Below the pieces are notes generated by a model. The model saw nothing but the letters and a program-made list of their open reading frames with translations, was not told where the DNA came from and ran no database searches. Shown here piece by piece: positions 38,262 to 46,224 of a stretch of 64,000 nt of DNA. The DNA lies in contig CAZHUC010000005.1 of the NCBI GenBank assembly GCA_964535825.1, positions 102,229 through 166,228 on the forward strand, read 5' to 3'. Both the position numbers and the translations under genes were made by a program. Position 1 is the first letter of the stretch; each line of letters opens with the position of its first letter. Origin of the DNA: an uncultured Rickettsiales bacterium (GTDB lineage Bacteria > Pseudomonadota > Alphaproteobacteria > Rickettsiales > SXRF01).

Positions 38262-40301
38262 TTAGAACGTTGCACCCAGTGTCAGATAAAAGCTTCTTCT
38301 GATCTCTGTTGCAGAAATATAGGTAAACGGTGTAAATTCCTGATGCCTGTCATCAAACAGATTCTGACCGACCAGACTTACTTCCAACCCATCCGTTACA
38401 CGGTATGAAAGTCGCGTATCAAAGCGCTGGTATCCATTGATATTGGCGCGCCCTTTCAGGTCATCATTCAGATACAGCATATTGGTCATCTCGAAGCCAT
38501 TTCCGAAGGCATAGGTCGAGGAGAGATTGAACATGTGTTTAGGCTGTTTTCCTATGACGGAATAAAAATCTGTCTCGTCCTTCTGGTCGATCGTAAGCCC
38601 AAGATAACTATAAGCACCTGTCAGCTGCCAGTTGGCGGTTACATTCCACTTGGCAGATGTTTCAAGCCCATAGGAATGACCCGTCTTGCTGTTTGCTGTG
38701 GTAAGCGGCCATAACAAGTATGTGCCCAGGTTCACAGGATCGCCGAACCGGCCGTTAAATAATTTGTCATAATCATTATAGAACGCAGCAATATCGATCG
38801 ATGAGCTCTTGGTTGGCTGAATACGGTAGCCCAACTCATAGGCCGTGAGTTCCTCGGAATCAACGGCATCCGCACCTTGCGCTGCCACCAGTGTTGGGAT
38901 ACCCGCGAAGAATGGCGCGCTACCTGGCGGCAGGATAGCAAGGGTCAAATGACCATCTTCAGTGAAGCGACTTGGCGTATGCACTGCTCGCGATACTGAC
39001 GCCCATACCGTCTGGTTATCGGTCGGCAGCCATGAAATGCGTGCACTCGGCTGAATTTCAACACCTGTGTAATCATTATGCTCGAACTTTGAACCCAGCG
39101 TCAGGAACAGTTCATCTTCATAAAGCGGCATTTTATCCTGCACGAAGGCGTTGAACAGATTATCCGTACGACGTTTTGGCGTAAGTGCATATTGTTCAGA
39201 CACCGGATCATTTTCACTTAAGATCAGGCGATAGCCTGCACCCCACACCACCTCATGCCCTGCCCAGCGTGACCAGGCATGCTGGAAGTCCATATCGATG
39301 GTACTGGTCGTATCATTGAAGAATGCCGTTTTGCGTGCAGCATTATCAACATACATCTGCAAGGAGGCTTCCGAATCGGCTGCGAACCTCTCATCCCATC
39401 TGCCTAACAGGTTAAATCCGTTCGCACGCACCCCCTCAGACTGACGGGCAAAAGCGGCTGCACCTAATTCAGGAAATGCATAACTCGTATCACCATCAAG
39501 ATAATACATATCGCCCTGTACAGTCATTTTGCCGGATTCAGTCATTTTGGAATCGCTGCGGAAACCAGCCTGGCTGCGCCTCCATGAATCACCCGCACCC
39601 GCACCTTGCAGTGTACTCTGGGAATCATAAGCAACTTCTTTAGCGTACATGCGTATATAACTGTCATCACCCGTTTTCATGCCATAACGGCCACCGGCAA
39701 TACCATTGATCTGCGTACCGAACGACGCGGTAGCAAGGCCGCCTTGTGTATCTTTTGAATCTTTGGTGATGATATTGATCACACCGTTCACCGCGTTCGC
39801 GCCCCAGAGCGTTGCCCCCGGGCCACGGATCACTTCGATGCGCTCGATGTCTTGCAGCATTGTGTCCTGCACGTCCCAGATCACGCCTGAGAATAATGGT
39901 GAATACACGGTACGTCCGTCGATCAGCACTAAAAGCTTGTTTGAGAACTGATCATTGAAGCCACGCGATGTAACGGTCCAGTCACGCGCGCCCGCTTGTG
40001 TTACAGTGATACCAGGCACCATACGCAGCACTTCTGGTATAACGGTAGCGCCAGAACGGCGAATATCTTCTTGTGTAATTACGAAAATAGCGGCAGCTGC
40101 TTCGGTTTCTTTTTCGGCTTTCTTGGAAACGGAGGTAACTTCTACTTCTGCCAGTTCTCTCAGTGAAAGATTCAGCAGATCATCTGTATTCAGTCCTTCC
40201 GCTGCATTGGCATGTGTGCCTGCGCAAATAATTGCAACGGCCAGTGATGCTGCTTTAGCCGCATTGCGCACACCCTGTATGAACAGGTTCTCCGAAAACA
40301 T
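38262..40301 (-). CDS. TonB-dependent outer-membrane receptor
   Basis: Signal peptide ..AGTHANA. Plug motifs (VEVTS, IEVIRGPGATLWGANAVNGVINIITK). Long beta-barrel ending in LTLGATF. I prefer ATG 40301 (GGGGAG 5 nt upstream) to the track GTG at 40313. Confidence 0.9.
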   Translation of the reverse strand: MFSENLFIQGVRNAAKAASLAVAIICAGTHANAAEGLNTDDLLNLSLRELAEVEVTSVSKKAEKETEAAAAIFVITQEDIRRSGATVIPEVLRMVPGITVTQAGARDWTVTSRGFNDQFSNKLLVLIDGRTVYSPLFSGVIWDVQDTMLQDIERIEVIRGPGATLWGANAVNGVINIITKDSKDTQGGLATASFGTQINGIAGGRYGMKTGDDSYIRMYAKEVAYDSQSTLQGAGAGDSWRRSQAGFRSDSKMTESGKMTVQGDMYYLDGDTSYAFPELGAAAFARQSEGVRANGFNLLGRWDERFAADSEASLQMYVDNAARKTAFFNDTTSTIDMDFQHAWSRWAGHEVVWGAGYRLILSENDPVSEQYALTPKRRTDNLFNAFVQDKMPLYEDELFLTLGSKFEHNDYTGVEIQPSARISWLPTDNQTVWASVSRAVHTPSRFTEDGHLTLAILPPGSAPFFAGIPTLVAAQGADAVDSEELTAYELGYRIQPTKSSSIDIAAFYNDYDKLFNGRFGDPVNLGTYLLWPLTTANSKTGHSYGLETSAKWNVTANWQLTGAYSYLGLTIDQKDETDFYSVIGKQPKHMFNLSSTYAFGNGFEMTNMLYLNDDLKGRANINGYQRFDTRLSYRVTDGLEVSLVGQNLFDDRHQEFTPFTYISATEIRRSFYLTLGATF

Positions 40302-40320
40302 ACTACTCCCCACCTAAGGA

Positions 40321-40329
40321 TTATCCACA
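40321..40329 (+). promoter_or_regulatory. Perfect DnaA-box 9-mer TTATCCACA, 20 nt upstream of the TonB-receptor ATG
   Basis: Exact consensus match, read directly. Confidence 0.45.
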
Positions 40330-40390
40330 CCTAGGGCTAAAGTAATATGTTTAAAAATACATTAATAATAGAAGACGTTAGTAACGACGA

Positions 40391-41164
40391 CTACTCTACC
40401 AGTTGCAACTGCGGCATTTTATCCACAGGCGGCAATCCGCTTTGCTGGCTGGTTTTCGTTTTATCTATATCAGAAGTTGCATCAGCGGCTCTGTTAAATA
40501 TGTCGCTAAGCTGTGACACGGTGATGTACCATTTCACATCCGGATGAATAGGATTTTCCGGCACTTCGATATCGTTGCGAATCTTTGTGGTCTTCACATC
40601 AAAGCTATTAGCGATCAAGCGCCAGTTACGAGCCAGTGTCAGGGTAGATTTAGCGAACAGATAATGGATCTGTTCATTGATGACCTTGTCATACATCACC
40701 TTGCACAGACCATAGAAGATATTCTCATCACTGCCGGTATCTTCCATAATAGCAAAACGAGAGATCTCGCCATGCTTGAAGCTGTTAAGAGGCAACTCTG
40801 GAAATACGTTGCGCAGAACAAAGCCGTTGGTCTCCATTGGCATATCCCACATTTCATCAGCTTCCCTGATGGTAAGGCGGCAACCGCCAAGACATAACTT
40901 GCCACGACGTGCGATCAACACATGACCGATCTTGTCGTGCACGTCTTCCTGACCGTTGAATTCATCAGTGTGGAAGATCTTGCGATACATGGTTTCACGC
41001 AGGCGGTAATACTGGTGCAGCATGCCGCGATCATTGGTGAACTCATACACAATAGGATCATTGCCACCGAATGGCTTAGCCAGACGATTCGCCATGATGG
41101 CTTGCATCGTCTCGAAAAAATTATTCGACTTAGAGTTGTCTTTATAGAGCGTAGGCTTTGTCAT
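40391..41164 (-). CDS. LuxI/FeeM-fold (GNAT-superfamily) N-acyltransferase; putative N-acyl amino acid or acyl-homoserine-lactone-type synthase
   Basis: 257 aa. YYRLRETMYRKIF...GQEDVHDKIGHVLIA..G.L.GGCRLT...HGEISRFAI matches the R..(V/M)(F/Y)....E.D..D...H/Y....G..RL....E.SRF skeleton of autoinducer/N-acyl-amino-acid synthases. The tail of about 45 aa is low-complexity. Confidence 0.6.
   Translation of the reverse strand: MTKPTLYKDNSKSNNFFETMQAIMANRLAKPFGGNDPIVYEFTNDRGMLHQYYRLRETMYRKIFHTDEFNGQEDVHDKIGHVLIARRGKLCLGGCRLTIREADEMWDMPMETNGFVLRNVFPELPLNSFKHGEISRFAIMEDTGSDENIFYGLCKVMYDKVINEQIHYLFAKSTLTLARNWRLIANSFDVKTTKIRNDIEVPENPIHPDVKWYITVSQLSDIFNRAADATSDIDKTKTSQQSGLPPVDKMPQLQLVE
40419..40427 (+). 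promoter_or_regulatory. Perfect DnaA-box 9-mer TTATCCACA inside the 3' end of the acyltransferase gene
   Basis: Exact consensus match. Extended TTTTATCCACAGGC is shared with the rpsF upstream copy. Confidence 0.4.
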
Positions 41165-41208
41165 AAATAGTTAACCGTTGTTAATCGAATTAACTGAATA
41201 TTAGCAAT

Positions 41209-41217
41209 TTATCCACA
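41209..41217 (+). promoter_or_regulatory. Perfect DnaA-box 9-mer TTATCCACA, 45 nt upstream of the acyltransferase ATG
   Basis: Exact consensus match in the 247-bp A+T-rich spacer. Confidence 0.45.
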
Positions 41218-41354
41218 ATTCAATAGGTAATTTTTGCCTATATATCGACTATTCTACCACCACACCCCTGTGTATGTCTCCTCCAACTTCCTTAATATTA
41301 TCGAATTTCTGCTATTTGTGGCTTTTATGTTACTCACAGATATTTAGATGTAAC

Positions 41355-41381
41355 CTGTGGATATATATAATTTATCCACAG
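41355..41381. promoter_or_regulatory. 27-bp perfect palindrome CTGTGGATA-N9-TATCCACAG (two head-to-head DnaA-box-like sites around an all-A/T spacer)
   Basis: Read directly. The right arm contains perfect TTATCCACA (41372-41380). The left arm is ATATCCACA on the other strand. Spacer is TATATAATT. Confidence 0.55.
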
Positions 41382-41411
41382 ATTATTCTATTCCGGTAGC
41401 ATCCATATGGA

Positions 41412-41942
41412 TCATTTTGCTTCTGAAATACCCTTCAGATTAGAAAGCCCCTTCTCGAACTGCTCGCCTACCATCTTCTCGCAATTAAAGATTAACCCGA
41501 CCGCCTTGCCCATAAAATTATTTTTGCCGTGCATGCTCCATGTAACCTGTGTCTGACCGCCAATTTCCTTGAAAGCAAATTCAGCTGTGCTCTGGCTGGC
41601 CATGGGTTCTTTGAAATCCATATCGAACCGCACAAGTTCATTGTCATGGCTTTCCGCGATGGTCATGCTGCCAACACCTACGTCCATATTACCTGCCCAG
41701 CTCATCTTCGCGCCAACACCTGCATCGGGTCCTTCAAAATTGCTGGTGGCATTCGGATCTAATTTTTCCCAGGGCGACCATGCTTTCCACTCATGCAGGT
41801 TATTCACATGCGCAAAAATATCGCTCGCGGGTGCGTCTATCACAGTGGTGCGGGAGACACGGAATTCATCCGGCTGCTGATAAGCAACAATGGCAAACGC
41901 GGCTATAAGAAATACCACACCGGTCAAAAGTTTTTTGAACAT
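41412..41942 (-). CDS. Exported or anchored SRPBCC (START/Bet v1-like) ligand-binding protein
   Basis: 176 aa from ATG 41942 (GGAGA 6 nt upstream; the track GTG start is at 41978). N-terminal hydrophobic MFKKLLTGVVFLIAAFAIVA, then a polyketide-cyclase/SRPBCC-like body (W..W.PW). Confidence 0.65.
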   Translation of the reverse strand: MFKKLLTGVVFLIAAFAIVAYQQPDEFRVSRTTVIDAPASDIFAHVNNLHEWKAWSPWEKLDPNATSNFEGPDAGVGAKMSWAGNMDVGVGSMTIAESHDNELVRFDMDFKEPMASQSTAEFAFKEIGGQTQVTWSMHGKNNFMGKAVGLIFNCEKMVGEQFEKGLSNLKGISEAK

Positions 41943-41994
41943 ATATTTTCTCCATTTTTTAAATTCACAATATTTCACCCATTAGCAGGCTATC

Positions 41995-43674
41995 TTATTC
42001 ATTACAAACAACTAGCCATCCCCTGTAACGAACTATTAGCCCTACAATGGGCGCAGTAATCTCTACGTTGAAATGAAAATTGCCTGATTCTTCGGACTCA
42101 TAAGAATATCCTCCAGGCGCAAGAAACAGGGGAAGCGGTATACCCATAATGTTCCAGCGACGAATAATCAGCTGCAATTTGCCATCGGCAACGACTACAG
42201 CCAATCCAAAAGCAAACATACCAAAACGCTCGCAAACCAGACGTTCATAGGACTTTTCCCCTTCCGACTGGATACTTAAGAAAGATTTCCCCGCAAAGGT
42301 TCGACGCCAATATTCTTTACCATCTCTCAGGCTAAAATCTACACATACCGGCACGCTCTCACCCTCAAGAGGAAAACCAAATAGAGTTGCGATAAAACAA
42401 GCTATCTTGCCTTTTCCGCGCTCAACTTTGGCTTCACCAAGAGCCCGCTTGAATCCTGTTAGATCATGCATCTCTCGTATGGTCTCAGGCAGTTGCTGCC
42501 ATACATCGCCCAATATACGACTATACAGTGGTGATGTTTTATTTATCATCTCCCTGTAGCCTGTATAAATGGTACGCCGCTTAAAAAGCTCCTCGTAATC
42601 AGCAAGCATTACATCATGTGTCGCGGGTCTTGCACCTGGTGTGGGTAGCTTCTCCATAAGCATATGCCTAATGATTGCCTCTATCGCCATCGAGGGTATT
42701 AATGGACCATCATTGCCTTCAGCCAGCAGATGCCATGAACGTGTAATTTTCTTATCGCTTTCATCAACACCTTCCACCTCAACAAACATACCGCCGCGAT
42801 GCTCACCCCAACGAATAATATTGATGACGTGGTAAAATAGTTTGCTGAAAGGCAATAACGATGGAACGACTTTCCAACGCACCAGCCATGCTAGACCATT
42901 CAAGGCACGATGCAAAATTTCAGGCACAGGCCCTGCTCCCATCCAAATGGAGTCCAATGTTGGCCAAGATTCCGGGATCACTTGCAGATCGGGTACATCT
43001 ACCAGTGAAAATCGAATATTATGTAGTGGTAATCTGCCTGGCACTGCGATGGTATAACGTATGGTTTCTGTAAGAGCATGACCTATTGATGGCCTGCCGC
43101 CGCGAGTCAGCTTCACCGGTTGACCGGCGTAACCAGCAATCGCACGAATGACATTTTCTCCTACACCAGCGTAAGGTGATGGCGCGATACCGCCTTTGAT
43201 AGAGCTAAGCCTGAGGCCTTGTGCTAGCTCCCGAACCACAGCCGCAGTCAGAACAGGAAAACTACTTACGCCAGATAATAAGAATATATTTTGGGCTTTT
43301 GCATCAGCATCAAACTTGCTCACACCTTTTACAAAATCTGAACCATCTGCCAGATCAAGATAATGTATACCGAGTACAATACATGCCTTAATTACATGGT
43401 AAGGCTCATGTCCATAATTCTGAAAAGGACCTGTGGCATCCACCACTACATCAGGGGCAATCTCCTTGATCTGTTTTTCGAGGTCACCATTACGATCGAA
43501 GCTGCGAGGAATTAATGTAGCCTCACCACGCAGTGTACGACAAAAAAACTCTGCCTTTTTCAGTGATCTTCCAGCGATAACCATCGTGAGGCGCGGTTCA
43601 TCAGCCAGAAGCTGCACCAATCTGCCACCAAATATACCGTATCCGCCAATAATAAGTAATTTAAGATTTTGCAT
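41995..43674 (-). CDS. Saccharopine-dehydrogenase-like NAD(P)-binding domain fused to a DUF4166-type C-terminal domain
   Basis: N-terminal Rossmann LIIGGYGIFGGRL. C-terminal region ending in FHFNVEITAPIVGLIVRYRGWL, as I recall for DUF4166. 14-nt overlap with the upstream monooxygenase gene. Confidence 0.7.
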   Translation of the reverse strand: MQNLKLLIIGGYGIFGGRLVQLLADEPRLTMVIAGRSLKKAEFFCRTLRGEATLIPRSFDRNGDLEKQIKEIAPDVVVDATGPFQNYGHEPYHVIKACIVLGIHYLDLADGSDFVKGVSKFDADAKAQNIFLLSGVSSFPVLTAAVVRELAQGLRLSSIKGGIAPSPYAGVGENVIRAIAGYAGQPVKLTRGGRPSIGHALTETIRYTIAVPGRLPLHNIRFSLVDVPDLQVIPESWPTLDSIWMGAGPVPEILHRALNGLAWLVRWKVVPSLLPFSKLFYHVINIIRWGEHRGGMFVEVEGVDESDKKITRSWHLLAEGNDGPLIPSMAIEAIIRHMLMEKLPTPGARPATHDVMLADYEELFKRRTIYTGYREMINKTSPLYSRILGDVWQQLPETIREMHDLTGFKRALGEAKVERGKGKIACFIATLFGFPLEGESVPVCVDFSLRDGKEYWRRTFAGKSFLSIQSEGEKSYERLVCERFGMFAFGLAVVVADGKLQLIIRRWNIMGIPLPLFLAPGGYSYESEESGNFHFNVEITAPIVGLIVRYRGWLVVCNE

Positions 43675-44896
43675 GATGCAAATCGTAGTCTGGGTGGATA
43701 TCGCCCGGGTTCATGTGCGTGAACAGGCTGGTTTTAATGCCTGAGAGCGTCCGCACCATTTCGGTTCTGATAAAAGGAAGTTTGCACATAAAACCAAAGG
43801 TCATATCTCGCAACATGGGGCGCAGTGTGGCATCAGACTGGAAGAACGGTGTCAGCCAATGACTGGCGATCTGGTAAAAACGCACATGTTTTTTGCGGCG
43901 CTTTGCATAACTTTTAAGCGCAGCGTTCACGTCTTGGGTTTTATTCAGACAATCCTCCAGCACCATCGCATCCATAAGCCCCATATTCGCTCCCTGCCCC
44001 AGCTGCGGACTGGTCGCGTGTGCAGCATCGCCGATAAATACCAATCGATGGCTAAAACAATTCTTCAGCACCACGTCCCCATAGGTCGCGAAATTCAAAT
44101 CATCCACGGTTTGAAATTGCATAACGAGCGGCTCTACTTCAGGCCATAGCGATATTACATAATCCTGCCATGCTTTTAAACCTTGCTCGCGCCATTGCTC
44201 GTATTCATGCGCACGCAGACTCCAAAAAAAAGCAACGCTTTCGCACGTATCGCCATTCAGTTTTCCCATCGGCATGACACCGATCATGTGATGTGCTTTT
44301 TGATAGCGCTGATACAGCGCGTTCTTGAACATGCCTGCATTATCTTTGCATACGCCCCAGACCGCTGCATATGGATACGGCTTATCTTTCTTTACGCTAG
44401 CGAACTTACGGCGCAGAGGAGAGCGTGCACCTTGCGCATTCACCACCAGATCGAATGGACCATATTGATCCGTTCCGTCAGTGATGAATGGCTTGCTCTG
44501 CGCATCATAGCGTACATCTTCGATGCATGCTGATGTAACGATCGGTATGTGCAGACGCTGCACTTCTTCATATAGCAATGAAAATAATGTGCCACGATAG
44601 ACACCCAACCCGAAGATATGCGGAGCAAGATTATGATAAGAAACATTGAAGATGGTTTTTCCCGTGTGCACTACATGGCCTTGAATCCCATGAATGATAC
44701 TCGAGGCATCAATAGCCGCTTTATCCAACCCAAGCCGCGCAAGCACGGCAAGACCTGTGGGTTGTAGCATCAAACCCGCACCGATAGGACGTGGTGCGTC
44801 GAATCTCTCATAGATGGTTACATCATGGCCGCTCCGTTTAAGGAACGCGGCGGTAGATAAACCGGCTGTACCAGCACCTATGACCGCAATTTTCAT
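43661..44896 (-). CDS. FAD-dependent aromatic-ring-type monooxygenase (UbiH/salicylate hydroxylase-like)
   Basis: MKIAVIGAGTAGLSTA (ATG 44894-44896 checked), GARSPLR, GDAAHATSPQLGQGANMGLMDA. Confidence 0.8.
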   Translation of the reverse strand: MKIAVIGAGTAGLSTAAFLKRSGHDVTIYERFDAPRPIGAGLMLQPTGLAVLARLGLDKAAIDASSIIHGIQGHVVHTGKTIFNVSYHNLAPHIFGLGVYRGTLFSLLYEEVQRLHIPIVTSACIEDVRYDAQSKPFITDGTDQYGPFDLVVNAQGARSPLRRKFASVKKDKPYPYAAVWGVCKDNAGMFKNALYQRYQKAHHMIGVMPMGKLNGDTCESVAFFWSLRAHEYEQWREQGLKAWQDYVISLWPEVEPLVMQFQTVDDLNFATYGDVVLKNCFSHRLVFIGDAAHATSPQLGQGANMGLMDAMVLEDCLNKTQDVNAALKSYAKRRKKHVRFYQIASHWLTPFFQSDATLRPMLRDMTFGFMCKLPFIRTEMVRTLSGIKTSLFTHMNPGDIHPDYDLHHAKS

Positions 44897-44945
44897 GTAG
44901 TCATGACTACACGAATTACCTACCAACTACAATATAAGGGAGAAA

Positions 44946-45022
<77 letters not shown>

Positions 45023-45086
45023 TTTGCTTGAGAAAAAGCAACAAGGAGGCACGGTTTTAGGGGGCATTGGCCTAAAAGTCAAATCA

Positions 45087-45115
45087 TTTGCCGTAATAAA
45101 TACCATAACGGCAAA
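45087..45115 (-). terminator. Hairpin downstream of the diguanylate cyclase gene (possible terminator)
   Basis: 8-bp stem TTTGCCGT/ACGGCAAA with a 13-nt loop. The minus strand continues TGATTTGACTTTT. Confidence 0.35.
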
Positions 45116-45144
45116 TTATGGGATTTCAGGTAGTTAACCCATCC

Positions 45145-46188
45145 TTAATCGGCCGCAGAGCGCGTCACGCAGTTGCGGCCTTTATGCTTGGAAACATAAA
45201 GCGCATCATCGGCGCGCTTCATCAGGGTCGGGAGCGTATCGCTTTCATGGCGGAATTTTGATACGCCCATGGAAACCGTGATCGTACCGAAATTCTCGCC
45301 GGTGTCTTTGCGTTTAAGTTCTTTGCTGGCAAGCGTCGTGCGGATCATATCGGCCACTTTCATTGCCCCTTCAACCGGTGTCTCGGGTAATATCACCACA
45401 AATTCTTCACCACCGAAACGCGCCACCACGTCGCGGCCTTTGAGCACTTCGGTGAGCGTGCGCGCTACGGTCTTCAGCACTTCATCACCCAACAAGTGCC
45501 CGTACTTGTCGTTGAACTTCTTGAAATGATCGATGTCGATCATGATCAGGCAAAGCTCGGTCTGCTTTTCTTTGGCAGCCATTGAAAGCTCATCGTACAT
45601 CTTCTCGAATGTTTTGCGATTGAACACGCCAGTCAGGAAGTCGCGCTGGGCCTCGATCGTCACTTGTTGCAAATTCTTGCGCAGGCTGGTGATCTCTTTT
45701 TTGGATTCTTCCAGTTTTTCTGTGATCTTCTCGCCGCTCTGGCGCAGTGTGGTGGTAGCAGATACCAATTCTTTCAGTGTGCTTTTGATATTCTCATCTT
45801 CAAAATCGACACTGATCTTTTCGATATACTGGTCAACGTCCTTGTTATAACTCTTCTGCTCGCCGGAAAAATCCGTGACGACACGCAGCACATCCTGCAA
45901 CAACCTCTGTGCGGCAAGCGACGCATCATCGAGCACTTTCTGGTTACGATTGCCGATGATGTATTTGTTGTAGAGATATTTGTTGGTATCGAGCGTGAAG
46001 GGCAGTTTGTTCTTGTTGATATTGTCGATCTCGGCGACGAGGTCTTTATTCTTGCCTTCAGCGTAGATGAACCACACCGCATAATTCTCCGGTGTTGGCC
46101 GTATTTTGTGCACATCCATCAGCGACATGGCCTTTTGTGCCAGTTCGTGATCATTATTCTCAGTAGATGCAGATTGCGGGGTGGTCAT
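45145..46188 (-). CDS. Diguanylate cyclase (GGDEF domain) with uncharacterised N-terminal coiled-coil/sensor region
   Basis: RDFLTGVFNR, DIDHFKKFNDKYGH, active site GGEEF, RADDALYVSK. Confidence 0.85.
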   Translation of the reverse strand: MTTPQSASTENNDHELAQKAMSLMDVHKIRPTPENYAVWFIYAEGKNKDLVAEIDNINKNKLPFTLDTNKYLYNKYIIGNRNQKVLDDASLAAQRLLQDVLRVVTDFSGEQKSYNKDVDQYIEKISVDFEDENIKSTLKELVSATTTLRQSGEKITEKLEESKKEITSLRKNLQQVTIEAQRDFLTGVFNRKTFEKMYDELSMAAKEKQTELCLIMIDIDHFKKFNDKYGHLLGDEVLKTVARTLTEVLKGRDVVARFGGEEFVVILPETPVEGAMKVADMIRTTLASKELKRKDTGENFGTITVSMGVSKFRHESDTLPTLMKRADDALYVSKHKGRNCVTRSAAD

Positions 46189-46224
46189 TGCACCAAGATT
46201 AGCGGTTTATAGTAAAAAAAGCAT

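Noticed and set aside
40341-40380. Possible dif (XerCD) site in the A+T-rich spacer (TAATGTAT...), given the terminus-like gene orientation. Also TTATGTTACT at about 41326.
   Set aside because: Only 8-nt partial resemblances to GCATAATGTATATTATGTTAAAT. Neither candidate has both an XerC-like and an XerD-like arm.
41171-41193. Three TTAA motifs (41171, 41181, 41190) just upstream of the acyltransferase start, resembling CtrA half-sites
   Set aside because: The spacings are N6 and N5, not the canonical TTAA-N7-TTAA. In an A+T-rich spacer such tetramers are expected by chance.
41355-41381. Lux-box (LuxR-type operator) reading of the palindrome upstream of the LuxI-fold gene
   Set aside because: Lux-type boxes are about 20 bp with a CTG-N10-CAG geometry. 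This palindrome is 27 bp (CTG-N21-CAG), its arms are DnaA-box sequences, and no LuxR gene is in the window.
41274-41399. 41-codon ATG ORF (MSPPTSLILSNFCYLWLLCYSQIFRCNLWIYIIYPQIILFR) in the large spacer, spanning the palindrome
   Set aside because: No Shine-Dalgarno sequence. The composition simply reflects A+T-rich DNA. It overlaps evident regulatory repeats, and nothing supports translation.
40314-41411. Chromosomal origin of replication (oriC), possibly bipartite around the acyltransferase gene, suggested by 4-5 DnaA boxes plus A+T-rich spacers
   Set aside because: An origin here would make rpsF-rpsR-rplI-dnaB on the left and rpoBC/rplKAJL on the right all head-on to the forks. That is the reverse of the usual co-orientation. 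No dnaA, dnaN, hemE or parAB is nearby. The boxes are spread over 1.06 kb including coding DNA rather than packed in one spacer. I kept it as a DnaA-box cluster finding, and only GC skew or marker-frequency data can settle it.
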